Below, piece by piece: positions 51,400 to 64,000 of a stretch of DNA of 64,000 nucleotides. The translations under genes and the position numbers were made by a program. The first letter of the stretch is position 1. Every line of letters starts with the position of its first letter. The stretch is from Hormiphora californensis. Taxonomy: Eukaryota > Animalia > Ctenophora. The DNA lies in contig CM035352.1 of assembly GCA_020137815.1 (NCBI GenBank), positions 6,510,001-6,574,000 of the forward strand, given 5' to 3'. Under the pieces are notes generated by a model that saw only the letters and a program-made list of their open reading frames with translations, was not told the DNA's origin and searched no databases.

Positions 51400-54095
51400 A
51401 ATGAAGAAAGAGAGGTAGATGAGGGTGGGGTTAGATGAAGGGGTTGGCTCCATTGCAACCTAGGATAAAATGGGGAAATGAAGAAACGGATAGATGGAAG
51501 GGGGATATGAAGGGGGAATGAATGAGTAGAGGAAGAAGGAGAGAAGGAAAAAGGGGGAGATGGAGGGGATTTGAGGGGAGGAATAGCAGGCCAAGGGGAA
51601 ATGAATGTAGAAGGATGTGACGGAGGGGCTGGTATACAGTATGGGTAGATTATGTGCAGTGGGTGTGGTGGAGCGGGGGTTGTATGGTAGAAGGGGAAAA
51701 CTGTTTGGAATAAGGGAGGCTGACTTACTGCGAAAAGAAGCAGATGGATATGGAGCGGAGATGGTTCAGAGAGAAAAGGCCATATCTGCATAACCGAGAG
51801 TGCCCCAGGGCTTTTCTTCACTTCAGTAATCAGTAATAGTGTCCACATGATGAATTCGAGTCACTGGAAGTTACTTTTAGATTGATAAATGCACCACCAA
51901 TCCAGAGTATCAAATTTTCAGCCGTTCTATCGGAATCCTGGGAGAGGTAAAGAAGGGTTAGTACAAATGAGAGAGACTAAATTGATACACACTTTACTCG
52001 ATCTTATAGTGGATACGGACGGGATATGGAGGAGAGGGGGAATGAAGGAGATGGGGGATGAAGTAGGAAATGAATGGGTATCTACCATCTAGAAAGCGTG
52101 GACGAAGGAGGGCGAAGGTCGAAGGGGGGGGGGGGTAAAGTGGTAGGATAAAAGGGGAATGAAGGAACGGATGGAGAGGGAGATGAAGGGGGAATGAATG
52201 AGTAGAGGATGAAGGAGAGAAGGAAAAAGGGGGAGATGGAGGGGAGGAATAAAGGCCAAGGGGGAAATGAATGTAGAAGGATGTGACGGAGGGGCGGGTA
52301 TAAAGTATGGGTAGATTATGTGGGTGTGGGGGAGCGGGGGTTGTATGGTAGAAGGGGAAAACTGTTTAGAATAAGGCTGACTTACTGCGAAAAGAAGCAG
52401 ATGGATATGGAGCGGAGATGGTTCAGATAGAGAAACAGCCCTCACCGAGAGTGCCCCAGGGCTTGTCTTCACTTCAGTAATCAGTAATCGTGCCCACATG
52501 ATGAATTCGAGTCACTGGAATTTACTTTTAGATTGATAAATACACCACCAATTCAGAGTATCAAACTTTCAGCTGTTCTATCGGAATCCTGGGAGAGGTA
52601 AAGAAGGGTTAGTACAAATGAGAGAGACTAAATTGATACTACACTTTACTCGGGGAGTCTGCACTTTAGACTCCGAGGAAGATGAAGGAGAGGAAGATGA
52701 ATGGGGATAGTAGATACGGACAAGTTATGGAGGAGAGGAATATTAAGGGGAGGATCAAGGGGAGGTTGAAGAGGAGTAGAGATAGAGAGGGGTATAATGA
52801 AGGAGAAAAGACCGTCCCTCTCTTTCTCTTGTTTGTGTGGGTAGATTATGAGGGTGGGGAGCCGGGAGGTTGTATGGCAAGAGGGGAGGATGTTTTGGAA
52901 TTTCACTTACTTTAGCGAAAAGAGGCAGATTGATACGTAATGGAGACGGTTCAGATAGAGAGAGCCCTCACCGAGATTTCCCCAGGGGCCAGGGCTTATT
53001 CTTCATTTATTTCAGAACACCATAAAACTCGTTTATCTGCTGTTTCCGACCAGCTAGCCCCAGACTATCGCAGACTTCATGATGAGCTTTGTAGACGTGG
53101 CTCTTCCACCTGGTTGACAACCCTTCCCTTGGAGGAACACGGCTTCAATCTCAACAAATCCGAGTTTCGTGATGCTCTTGCCCTGAGGTATGACCTTTCC
53201 CTTCGGGAGTTTCCCAACCATTGTGCTTGTGGTAAACCAAACTCCATCGAACACTGTCTAACTTGTGCTCGCGGAGGCTATGTGCATCTCAGGCACAACC
53301 AGATTCGCGATCTAACTGCCAATCTTCTGGTGGAGGCTGGGTGTACGGATGTTAAAGTGGAGCCCCATCTTCTCCCTCTAACTGGTGAGACACTCCAATA
53401 TGCCTCCGCGATCACCAATGATGAGGCACGTCTTGATGTCTCGGCTCGTGGTGTCTGGTCTGACTTATCAAAACTGTTCATTGATGTCCGCATCTTCAAT
53501 TCTCGAGCCCCAACCAACAAATCATTGCCAGTCAACAAGGTTTTAAAGAAGCACGAGGACGAGAAGAAGCGTACTTATGGAGAGCGTGTACTGCAGGTAG
53601 AGAAAAGCTCCTTCACACCAGCTGTTTTCTCTACCTCTGGAATCATGGGCGATGAGGCTGATAAACTTTACAAACAGATTGCCCACCTACTCTCAAAAAA
53701 GACCAAACAGTCCTACCCCGATTGCATCCGGTATATCAGACAGAGACTATCTTTCTGCCTGTTAAAAACTCTTATCATTAGTCTCCGGGGTCATCGTGGC
53801 CAGAGCCCGAAGAGTTTTAGTGATCGCAATGATATTAACATTTTATACATGATTAAAAACAATAACCAGAATTAATTTATTATACCCAATTTATGTACAG
53901 ATAAGATTGATTTCTATATCCATTTTACTAATTGAACCGGTACCCCGGCTTTCGTAAAAAATTCATTTATTTCAGTAATCAGTAATAGTATCTACATGAT
54001 CAATGATGCATCACCGGGAGTTCCTTTTAGATTGACGAATACACCATCAATTTACAGTGTCACATTTTCAGCCGTTCTATCTGATTCCTGGGGGA
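51400..54095. repeat. Three diverged ~550-650-bp purine-rich tandem units; third unit interrupted by a retroposon
   Basis: Core ccgagagtgccccagggctt..cttcagtaatcagtaat..ttttagattga..ttcagccgttctatc near 51795, 52445 and 52970/53975. Confidence 0.75.
53016..53961 (+). mobile_element. 5'-truncated CRE-like non-LTR retrotransposon (zinc knuckle + RLE)
   Basis: GSSTWL, CACG..EHCLTC, RHNQIRD, RLDV..GVW..FIDVRI motifs; A6 tail; 14-bp TSD ttcatttatttcag (53002-53015, 53962-53975). Confidence 0.85.
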
Positions 54096-54744
54096 GAAGG
54101 GTTTTTACTTTTTAAAAACAATAGAGACTTTGGACTCATCGCGATAGCCGGAGGTCTATCTCAGTGGTCATCTTAATCAATGAACGGTTCAACTTGTAAC
54201 TATCCAATTCACTTCGATCCATCAGATGGACATTCTTATGTAGCAGTGGAACCGTGAACCGTCACGACATTCCTTGCAGTCAGCAGTTGCACCTCTGGGG
54301 ATATCTCCCAAAGACGTCCCACCGCAAGAGACGAAATATACTGCCGGAAAAGTGACTCAGTGACAACTCTGACACACTTTCTTGGCGTAGCATGACCTCC
54401 CGGTTGGTGCATCTGTCCTAAAACTCACCGTAGAACTTGATTAAGCTAAATATTAACGGATTGGAGCATATCCTTATTAGGTAAGGCAATTTATAGGTCT
54501 TTGCCCTCATGAAGTACATAACACGGAAGGAAGTAAGTACTCTATTCAAATCAACTCATAACAATTTTCTTTGGGTTTTCGCTAACTGAGAGTCGGCCAT
54601 ATTGGATTTGGGTCGAACCAGTGGAAATCGAATGATATTTTTTCCAGAATCATTTGAAATTGGTGCGCGGCTCACTTTAACACATGCGCGTTAGCAATAT
54701 TAAATAGTGTGCGCGGCTCTACATTTGCGCGTGCAAAAGTGATC

Positions 54745-57700
54745 TGTTTCGGGGTGTTCGGGGGGTTACAGGGGGCCAGGGGCGTTGGGTGACCGTACCG
54801 ATGTATTTCCGTAGACAAAGATAAACACAGGATCTTACAAAGTGAGAAGAAGGTTTCAAGGTAAACGAAGGTATAGATTGTTAGGAAGAATCTGACAAAC
54901 TTTCTTGCATTCTCACAAAACATCTGAGGTAAAACATCTCTCGCGCGGCGGAATATGGCGTGATTCCGCGCTCGCGATATCTCACAACACATTTGGAACT
55001 CTCGCGCGTTCCATACAAACACTCAGGAAAACTGTGCCACACTCATGGCACACATCGCACACACACGTTACACACACAAACAAACTATCAGTTCACACCT
55101 ATCACACTCCCCTCTCTTTCCTTTTCCGAATCGAGAGATGAGCAAGCAGGAGATTCAGGTCCGGCAAACTACAGGTCAGGGCTAAAAATGAACACTGTCA
55201 TGAGTGGCTGGATGTGAAAAAATAAAATGGCAGGGAAAAGAAAAATGCCAGTCGGCTAATAAACTCGTGACAAAGCATCAGGTGAGTTGAAATAAGTGAA
55301 GAACAAAAATCTATCACTGGGTAAAATAAGTAGTGAAAGTCAGGTGAGTTAAATATACACACTGGGTGAGTAGTAAGAAAACGGGTTAAGAAGTAAAAAC
55401 TGGGTTAAAATAAGGTGAGATAAAATACAAAAGTAGGGATAAAGTAAACGGTTACAGCATTCCGTTGATAACGTCCGGGTTCACTCCTCTCTTTGTCAGG
55501 ATGTCAGCGGGGTTCAACTTTGATTGAATCCAAGAGACTGTGACTTCCCCTCTCTCGATTCTCTCTTGAACTTCTCGTAACGTGAGAATTGTTGACTTAT
55601 CTTCAGGGGTTGAAGACACCTTGTTTGCAGAGTCAACAACTTGTTTGGAGTCAGTGAAAATCTTGATTCCCGGGTCAAAAGTGAGTTCTCTCAAGAAGGA
55701 TTGGATCAGGATTGCATATCCCAAACCATCACTCACTGCATAGAGTTCTGCTGCGTAGACACTTTTCACAACACGTTTAACCTTGTTGGAACTGTAGGCT
55801 ATCAGGTTAGCGTGAGAGTTGTCTCCTGTTTCAGTTTGAGGGTCTCCCCAGAAAAGAATGACACCTTCCCCGGTTTTCTTGTCATGGAGATTTCCAAGAC
55901 TAGCGTCTGTAAAAACTGAAATATTAGCGTTAGTGTGAAAAATAGGGGAAAAAGTAATCTTTGTTGGGGATAAATTCTTGACAATCTTCTTCAGCTCTTT
56001 GAATTGTTTCCCAGTCCACGGTGATGTCGTAGTAATGTCAAGAAGGCTAAAACAGATCTGTGGCATAGTCTGTGTTGCCAGCCAATTCAACTTTCCAATC
56101 ACAGTCCTCATGAGAGATTGGAGGTTATCGTCAACTTCTTCACTATTCTGGGGCACAGGTTTGACAGAATTCAACTTTTCCATCATACTGTCTCTGACAT
56201 AGTTACAGTACTGCTGCTGTGTGACGAATATGTTGTTTCCTTGCTGTTTGACTTGCCAGCCAAGGTAATTGAAATCGGTTATCTCCACTCGTCCTATCTT
56301 GTAACTGTTCAGGGCGGGTTCCACTTTAGCGAAGAAATTGTGGTCACCTGTCATCAGAATGTCATCAACTTGGACAACTAGTAATCCTTCTAGCTTTCCA
56401 TCATCTCCGATGGTGAAGAATACGTTTTTGTCAATTTTAGATTGACGGAGAGTCTTCTTCAGAGTTGCAGAGAGAGAAAAATACCATTTTCTACCAGCGT
56501 CTCCTAGTCCATACAGGGGTTTCAGAAGTTTCCACAACACTCCTTGTTTCCTCATGGAATTAGGTGGTTTAACATACACCTCTCTTGACATAGTGTCTGA
56601 TTGCAAATAAGCGCTTGCTACATCAACACTCTTCAGGTTCCAGTTGGTTGTAGTAGACAGACTGAGTAGAGTTCTCACTGCATACTTTGTTACAGTTGGG
56701 GATTGGGTTTGGTCCTCTAACTTTTCCTCGAATCCACGGGCAACTAGACGGGCCTTGACTGTCCCATCATCCTTTCGGGTTATAACCCATCGGGTGCTTA
56801 CCCGGTCCTGTCCTGTGTCAGGCACTTCTTCAAATGCTTTAAACTCCTCCAGTTTATCGATCTCTTTCCTTCGTGCTAATTGCACTTCCTCTTTACCCAT
56901 CTTTGATGCTGCTAGGAGAATTTCATCATGTTCGGGACTGAAGGGTTCTTGATCATCTGGGGGTTTTCTGGGACTGTCCTCTCTGGGATCTGTAGTCTCA
57001 GGTAAAAGTACCTGCTTCTGCTCAACATGATCATCAAGATTCTGGAGCTGTTCACTTTCTGGAACATTTATCTCAGGGCAGATCCACTTTCTTGGGATAC
57101 TTCCTCAATCGGATTATCAGGATTCGGAGGCTGTTCACTTTCTGGAACATTGTTCTCTTGGACAGATCCACTTTGGGATTCTTCCTCTACCGCGTTACCA
57201 TTTTTAGTAACTTCAATCACTGTGTGTTCACTTTCGGAATCTGATACAGGATGTGTTGTTGCGGGGGTGTCTCTATGAGTTTTACTCCTCAATCCGAAAT
57301 CTCTTGCTGGGGGTGTCACTTTGGGTTTCTTCTTCTTGGGCTTCTTCTTCTGTATTACCTTGGGCTCGGTTGGCCTATCCTCGGGTTCATCTTCCTCACT
57401 TGAGTCTCCCAGTGCTAATCGCGAATTGGGGACTGTCCTCTGGTTCTGGTCTTTTCGCTCATGGACTAGCCTCACTTTACAAGGATGTGCACGTAGTAGT
57501 GCTCCACCGTGCTTGATTAAAACATTGTTATCGATCATTCCAACAACTGTAGCGGGTCCCAACCAGGTTTTGTGAGCTTCACGCTTGTAGAATACCTTAT
57601 CTCCCTGGACATAGGTATGTTGATCCTGTGTTGGTCCGGCACTATTTAGTGCTCGTTTCAGTCTGGAAGAATTTTCCAATTCGATAAACTTTAATCGGGC

Positions 57701-60071
57701 TGTCTTCATGGCTTGTAGATTCTTCACTACTAATTCATCTCCGTGAGCATTTCCTCCGTGAGCAGGTAGGCATTCTTCTGAGTCCAATACGTGTGGAAAG
57801 GTAGGAGCTGTGCCAAAAACTAGTTGATGTGGTGAAAATCCCATCTGATTGCTTAGCTGGTTCTTAGCATTGCTAGACCAAGCACAAGCCACTGGTATAG
57901 TGCATCCAGTGTCATCACGAGTTTTGACAACCATGTCTCCAAGAATTCCGTTGTGTCTCTCAGTAAGACCATTGCACCATGGGCTCTCAGCTGGGGTAGC
58001 TTTCAACTCAATATCTAGGCGGCTTGCCATCTCCAGGATAACTTCGTTGGTGAATTCTCCTCCGTTGTCCGATAGGATCCTCTTGGGGCGACCAAAGATA
58101 GAAATCCAACATGTGAAGAATTTCTGAACACATTCTTCTGCTGATTTGTTCTCAATGGGGACCATAACACTGTACCTGGTTAGTGTATCAATGATATGAA
58201 TAGTCCACTTTGATTCACCCGAGCTGAATTTCAACATCTTTAAATCCATCGCAACACACTCATTGAAAGTGTTCCCGAGAGGTAATGCAACTTTCCTCCT
58301 AGGTTTGGATCGTTGATGCTCCATGCATTGTTGGCATTCAAGTGCAACTTGGTGAAGTTCTCGACAAATCTCCTCCTTGTTGGGGTGATTGGAAGATTTA
58401 GCTACCTCCTGGATTTTCGCAGTCGAGCCATGGGCAAAGTAACGATGGAGTTTCTGGGCAATCTTTCTGGGTGATGTGGTACCTGAATCCGAAGATGTTA
58501 AAAGAGTAGTTGGAGAAAGTTTGGAGTTTAAATCAATTGTGACGTGACCACTATCAGTGAGATGTAACTGTGTTTGTTTACCCGAGACCTGTAGCACGTC
58601 GTTCCCAAAATCAATCACCGCTCCTCTCTCGCTAAGTAAAGCTCTGGATAAAAGAGGTGGGATGTTAAGGTCTAGGACAAACACGGGTACTTCATCACAT
58701 GACAAACCAAATATATCTGTGGGGATATACGCAATCGATTTAGACGTTACAGATTTGGAATCACCAAAAGTAAAATGTCTCTCACTGACAGTCTCTCTCT
58801 TACAACGTATACAAGATTCACTCTCAAATTTACGTAACCAATTTGCACCACACACTGAGATAGCTGCACCAGTGTCCAAAATCGCTCTTAGGCCACATTG
58901 TTCAGTTAGTGAAAGAATATACTCTGTACCGACAACCATCTTGAAAACTCCGTGCTGCCTGCCGCCACCACGGCCACCACGATTACCACGACTACCACCA
59001 CTGCCACCATATTTCGACTCCTTCCTGGCGCTATTCTTCTTTAGACAGTTGGAGGCCACATGTCCGGGTTTTCTACAGTTAAAACATACAATCAGAGTTA
59101 ATGATTCTGTTTCAGTTTTCTCAGAGTTAGAAACTGCACCATTTGACTCGGGAAGGTTGGCACCAAAAGTCCTTTTCATCGATTGAATCATGTCCTCTAA
59201 ACGAATATTAGGACAAGTTGCTCGTAGAAGGCGTTTTTGCTCCGGGGTCAGATTTGCTTGTTCAAGGAGTCTATAGGCAAGGATCTGAGATCCGTAGATA
59301 GCATCTTGAGTCTCCACTTCACACCTCTGCTTCAACTCATTGAGCCGTGTTGAGAACTCCGAAATGAACTCAGGAATGGCCATATCGGAAGGTCTCACAA
59401 ATTGTTCGAACCGTTCTATGGCGGTGAACAAGCTTACAGTCTTATCCCTACCGAAAACACCTTCGAGATCTTTTAACAGATAGGCCACGCCATCATCTGT
59501 TTGCAGTTTCGAGATATCCAAGCCTAGGGCATGTTCCTTCGCGGCACCAGTTAGGACATAGGCGAGGCGGGCTGCCTGGCTCTTTGGTGGACATGTTGTT
59601 CCAGCGATCCAGAGAAGCACGTCCCTTCGGTAGACATCGAATGGTAACTCGGCGTTGAAAGTGGGAGGATATATGTCTGACGGCATCGAATTGCACTTGC
59701 TGCTACCACTGTTTCGGGGTGTTCGGGGGGTTACAGGGGGCCAGGGGCGTTGGGTGACCGTACCGATGTATTTCCGTAGACAAAGATAAACACAGGATCT
59801 TACAAAGTGAGAAGAAGGTTTCAAGGTAAACGAAGGTATAGATTGTTAGGAAGAATCTGACAAACTTTCTTGCATTCTCACAAAACATCTGAGGTAAAAC
59901 ATCTCTCGCGCGGCGGAATATGGCGTGATTCCGCGCTCGCGATATCTCACAACACATTTGGAACTCTCGCGCGTTCCATACAAACACTCAGGAAAACTGT
60001 GCCACACTCATGGCACACATCGCACACACACGTTACACACACAAACAAACTATCAGTTCACACCTATCACA
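54745..60071 (-). mobile_element. Full-length Ty1/Copia LTR retrotransposon (GalEa-like)
   Basis: 362-bp TG..CA LTRs at 54745-55106 and 59710-60071; 5-bp TSD tgatc; PBS TGGTAGCAG (tRNA-iMet type); PPT gagaggggag; order gag-PR-IN-RT-RH. Confidence 0.95.
55452..59686 (-). CDS. Copia gag-pol polyprotein with one frameshift near 57075
   Basis: CFNCRKPGHVASNC knuckle, LDTGA protease, zinc-binding H..H..C..C and SDNGGEF integrase, KARLVARGF/LYGL/QVDD RT, TDAS..AELYA..NPADILTK RNase H. Confidence 0.9.
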
Positions 60072-61050
60072 TGATCGATTTCCAAAATTGAAAAGAGAGT
60101 CATCAAATTCATGTCAAATGCTACCAATTCCCAAAATTTGGTGATTGTACGACCTCCGGAACATGGTCAAAATGACTTGGGACAGGATCCTGTACATGCG
60201 CGGTGTTCCCTCCTTATCCCTGTTCTGCGCCACGCGCAGCGCGGGATAAGGCAGCGCTTTTCAATCAAAATCAGCGCTACAATGCGAAGAGATTACAAAG
60301 AAAGCTTCAAAGTTCAAACACGCCTTTTTTAAGCACAGGCTCAGAAACGTAGCCCTGACTTAATTGACCGTTTGGCCACATTGATGCCTGAGTGAGATCG
60401 ACCGAGATCGATCTCACATCTAGGCCTCCGGCCCGTTATTGATTTTAGAGCAAACTTTTTCAAAGACCTGGCTGCAAGGAACTACTGAACCGATTTGCAT
60501 CTCGTTTGTTGCTCCTGGCAGATAATTGTCTCTAGTTTTACGGAAAATACCCGCGAGTATCAGCATTTGAGGAATAGTGGGTCAAAATTGCCGCTAAACA
60601 TGAGCAATTCTTTAAAGACCTGGCTGCAAGCTCCTACTCGGTCCTGGGACAATCTGCAGGTACTGGGGGAATCGTCATGGCATTGTGAATATGGGAAAAT
60701 ACCCGCCGATTCATCACGATGCGAAATGAGGCCATAATTGACCTTTGAGTAGTGCTAGGTCAGCTAAAAAGGTCTCCAAAAACGGTCTATCACGCGCGAT
60801 CTGCTGAAAACGTGCTTTATATCGCGCGCACGTGAGTTCTTGCTCTCAACGGGCCGGGATCCTATTATTCGCGGAGCGAGAATAGGATGCGATGGATCCA
60901 AATTGACCGTTTAGTCATTGGAAATTCCTCGATACTGTCTTGCCAACGAGCCTAAGATTGTGCGATGTGGACAAGAATTGACAGAGTTATTGCCACAAAA
61001 AAAGTCAAAATTTGACAATAAAAGGGGTTTTACTCCACCGTTAAAGTCCA

Positions 61051-61188
61051 TTTTTATTCAACTGTTCACCCCTCAACTCGTGCGCGTGCGATATTTTAAT
61101 TTACGCTGCGCGCGCTACACGTTAACATGTGATAAACGCGCAAAACAATTCCGCGCACGACTTTGGGGGGTGAACAGTTGAAAAAAAA
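61051..61188. repeat. Short inverted-repeat (MITE-like) element
   Basis: ttcaactgttcacccctcaactcgtgcgcg mirrored by cgcgcacgactttggggggtgaacagttgaa. Confidence 0.7.
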
Positions 61189-61228
61189 TGGAGTATATCC
61201 AACTGGGTAAAGTCGGATTTTTTGAAAC

Positions 61229-64000
61229 TGTCACCCCCCTTTGTCAATATGGTGATGGGAAGGTGGACGAATGGAAACACGGTAGAATTAGATAACGGGT
61301 GGTTAACAAAATAGACGGATCAGGTAGTACAACGTTAAGGTAGTTCGATATTGGGAATCTGACAAAGTGCTTGTCACCTCAAAACTCATTCGATCTTCAC
61401 AAGAAGCACGTGCGCGCACTTGAAAGGTGCATTTCAAGTGCGTGCACAAAAGTGTCACATACTAATGATCAGTTCGCGCGTTACGTCCGGTAGGCGGTAA
61501 CAACTGCGACAGTGTGTGTCCCACAGAACAATACACTCAATCTCATGACACACAGCTCATGACACTCCCCTCTATTTCTTTCTCAAAAGGACTTACCGAA
61601 CTCGAGACCGATGAGGCAATGAAATTGAACGCCGAGAGGGTTCCAAACCGTGTCAAGGCTAAAACTGTCATTTGTCAATGTCGTAACAATACAAGCGAAA
61701 GTTAACTGGGAAAAACTAACAATGTGGAAATACTGAGATACGAAAAGGTACATGTTGTCTATGTCTGGAAGAAAAAAATAGAAAACAAAGTCAGTTGTCC
61801 GATAAAATATTTAAACTGGAGAAATAAAGTTAAAAAAATACAAGTAGGTTGGAAAACACACTAGATCATCCTCTCGATCACTCTGGGACTCACTCCTCGC
61901 TTTGTGAGTACATCAGCGGGGTTAGACTTCGACTCCACCCAGTTGATGGATGCTTCTCCCTTTTCGACCTTCTCTTGAACTTCACGTAGCTCCAAGATGC
62001 TTCCCTTATCAGTTGGTACAGCTGAGACGGAGTTAGCCAAACTCACAACTTGTGCGGAGTCTGTGAAAAGTCTGATGGGAGGGTCAAAAGATAGTTCCTG
62101 GAGGAGGGCTTTAATCATAACTCCATATCCCAATCCTTCAGATACAGCATACAATTCTGCGGCAAAGACGCTCTTCACTACACGTTTTACCTTGCCACAC
62201 GAGTAGGCGATCAAATTGAAATCAGAGCTGTCTCCCCAGAAAACTACAACTCCTGCTCCGCTCTTTCTGTCAGCTAGGTTGCCGAGACTGGCATCAGTGT
62301 AAACAATTATCTCAGCTGTGGTAGGGTTAAAAGGGGAAAAGGTTATCGTTGAAGGAGAAAGGTTGGTCACAATCTTCTTCAGTTCTTTGAACTCTTTGCC
62401 GGTCCAGGGTGATTTCGTCGTAATGTCAAGGAGACTGAAACTGATCTGTGGCATACTTTGGGTAGCCAGCCAGTTCAACTTTCCGATCACCGTTCTCATA
62501 TAGGATTGAAGATTCTCATCAACCTCTTCTTGATTCTGTGGTACCGGTTTAACAGCTTTCATCTTGTCCAGGATATCCTCTCTGACAAACTTACAATACT
62601 GTTCCTGGGTTACACAAATATCAATTCCTTGCTGTTTCAACTGCCATCCCAGGTAGTTGAATTCAGTTGTTTCAACTCTTCCTATCTTGTAGTTGTCAAG
62701 AGCGGGTTTAACTTTCTTGTAGAAGTTGTGATCACCAGTAATAAGAATATCATCCACATGAATTACTAGTAATCCTTGTAGTTTCCCGTCATCTCCAGTG
62801 GTGAAAAATACATTCTTGTCAATTCTTGACATCTGGAGAGTGTTTTTCAACGTTGCGGTGAGTGACATGTACCATCTTCTTCCCGCGTCACCAAGACCGT
62901 ACAGTGGTTTATTTAGTTTCCACAGTACATCCTTCCTCTTGAGGTAAGCTGGGGGTTTGATGAACACATCTCTTGTCATCTTATCTGACTGCAGGTAGGC
63001 ACTGGTTACATCAACACTTTTCAGGGTCCAGTTACTGGTAGTTGCCAAACTTAGCAAGATCCTCACTGCGTGTTTAGTAACAGTCGGTGAGTTAGTCGGG
63101 TCCTCGAGTTTTTCCTCAAATCCTCGGGCCACCAGCCTGGCTTTCACTGTGCCATCATCTTTCCGTGTCATCACCCATCTGGTGGTGACTGGTTGTTGTC
63201 CTGTATCGGGTACTTCCTCGAAAACATTGAATTCACGGAGTTTGTCAATCTCCCTATTTCGTGCTGTCTGCACTTCTTCCTTGCCCAGTTTAGATGCGGC
63301 AAGAAGAATGACCTCCTCAGCATCAGAATCGGGATCTGAGTCCTCTGTGTCTTGATCTGGGGTCTTTGCTGCGTCCTCTGCGGGCTCTGCAGCATCCTCT
63401 TGTGGCGTTGATGTGTCCTCATTGGATCTGGCGCTGTCCTCTGTGGGATCTGGCTCTATGTCTCTCTGACCAGTTGTATCCTCAGTATCCGGGCTGGGTT
63501 CACTTTCAGGAACTCTCACAACAACAGGTCCACTTGTTGTGGCCTCATCCTCCTGCTGGTCCTCGGTTGGGACGGCTATCTCTGCATAAGTAGGTTCTCT
63601 GGGAACTTCTTCAATGTTACTCTCACTGTGTCCATCTTGTGGAGTGTCCTCTTCGGGATCTGTTTCACTAGGGATGAGTAGTTCATCTGCAGGATGCTCT
63701 GGTGGGGGGGTTTGTCGTCGGTTGTGCCGGAGATTGTATTTTCTGGTCGGTTCACGGACTGTCTTCTTTGGACGTCTGACTCTGCTAACCTTCGGTGGCT
63801 GCAATTTAGATTTCTCTATCGGTTCCGGGACATCTTCATCAGTCGTCACTTCCGGTGCAGTCTGCATCTCGGGGACGTGTCTCTTGGAACTTGATTCCTC
63901 GTTTCGTTTGTACTCCTCTTTCCGTTGTTGGTCCTCTGGGGTTTCTTGTCTTTGTTGTACCAGTCTCACTTTGCATGGGTGTGCTCTTAGTAGTTGCCCG
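61229..64000 (-). mobile_element. Second, related Copia (GalEa-like) element, 3' part; continues beyond the window
   Basis: Open RT-RNase H frame ending at 61861 (KARLVARGF, HVDD, NPADVLTK); PPT at 61565-61573; 3' LTR ~61229-61564 with uncertain outer edge. Confidence 0.9.

Noticed and set aside
51400-54095. Tandem units as an SL RNA gene array targeted by the CRE-like element (as in trypanosomatids)
   Set aside because: No SL exon sequence is visible in the units or at either CRE-like target site.
57060-57090. Programmed frameshift between integrase and RT in the Copia element
   Set aside because: Comparison with the adjacent internal repeat shows a simple 1-nt loss, and the sister element is open through this region.

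Overview
Eukaryotic, intron-rich genomic DNA, most likely from a pleurobrachiid ctenophore (Pleurobrachia/Hormiphora-like). This rests on a 42-nt match, recalled from memory, to the ctenophore spliced-leader (SL) exon, plus compact GT-AG introns and intronless GPCRs. The left 41 kb holds host genes: a 3-exon orphan, two intronless 7TM receptors (one with a tandemly duplicated 5' end), a 15-kb secreted VWD/C8/TIL/VWC + Ig-domain gene, and a 12-kb FHA/coiled-coil FHAD1-like gene. Their introns are filled with MITEs and minisatellites. The right 23 kb is a nested transposon pile: foldback MITEs, a Helitron, two CRE-like RLE retroposon fragments, L2-, CR1- and RTE-type LINEs, and two Copia (GalEa-like) LTR elements. 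The top finding is an L2-type LINE copy (46259-49110) bounded by a 12-bp target-site duplication whose 5' end is the SL exon. It appears to have been copied from an SL-trans-spliced RNA, suggesting a LINE that obtains its 5' end from the host trans-splicing machinery. Other findings: all six copies of a hAT MITE sit 10-31 nt from a splice donor, a 709-bp insertion has a 182-bp target duplication that copied most of an exon, and the VWD+Ig domain architecture is unusual. All exon and element boundaries were read by eye.
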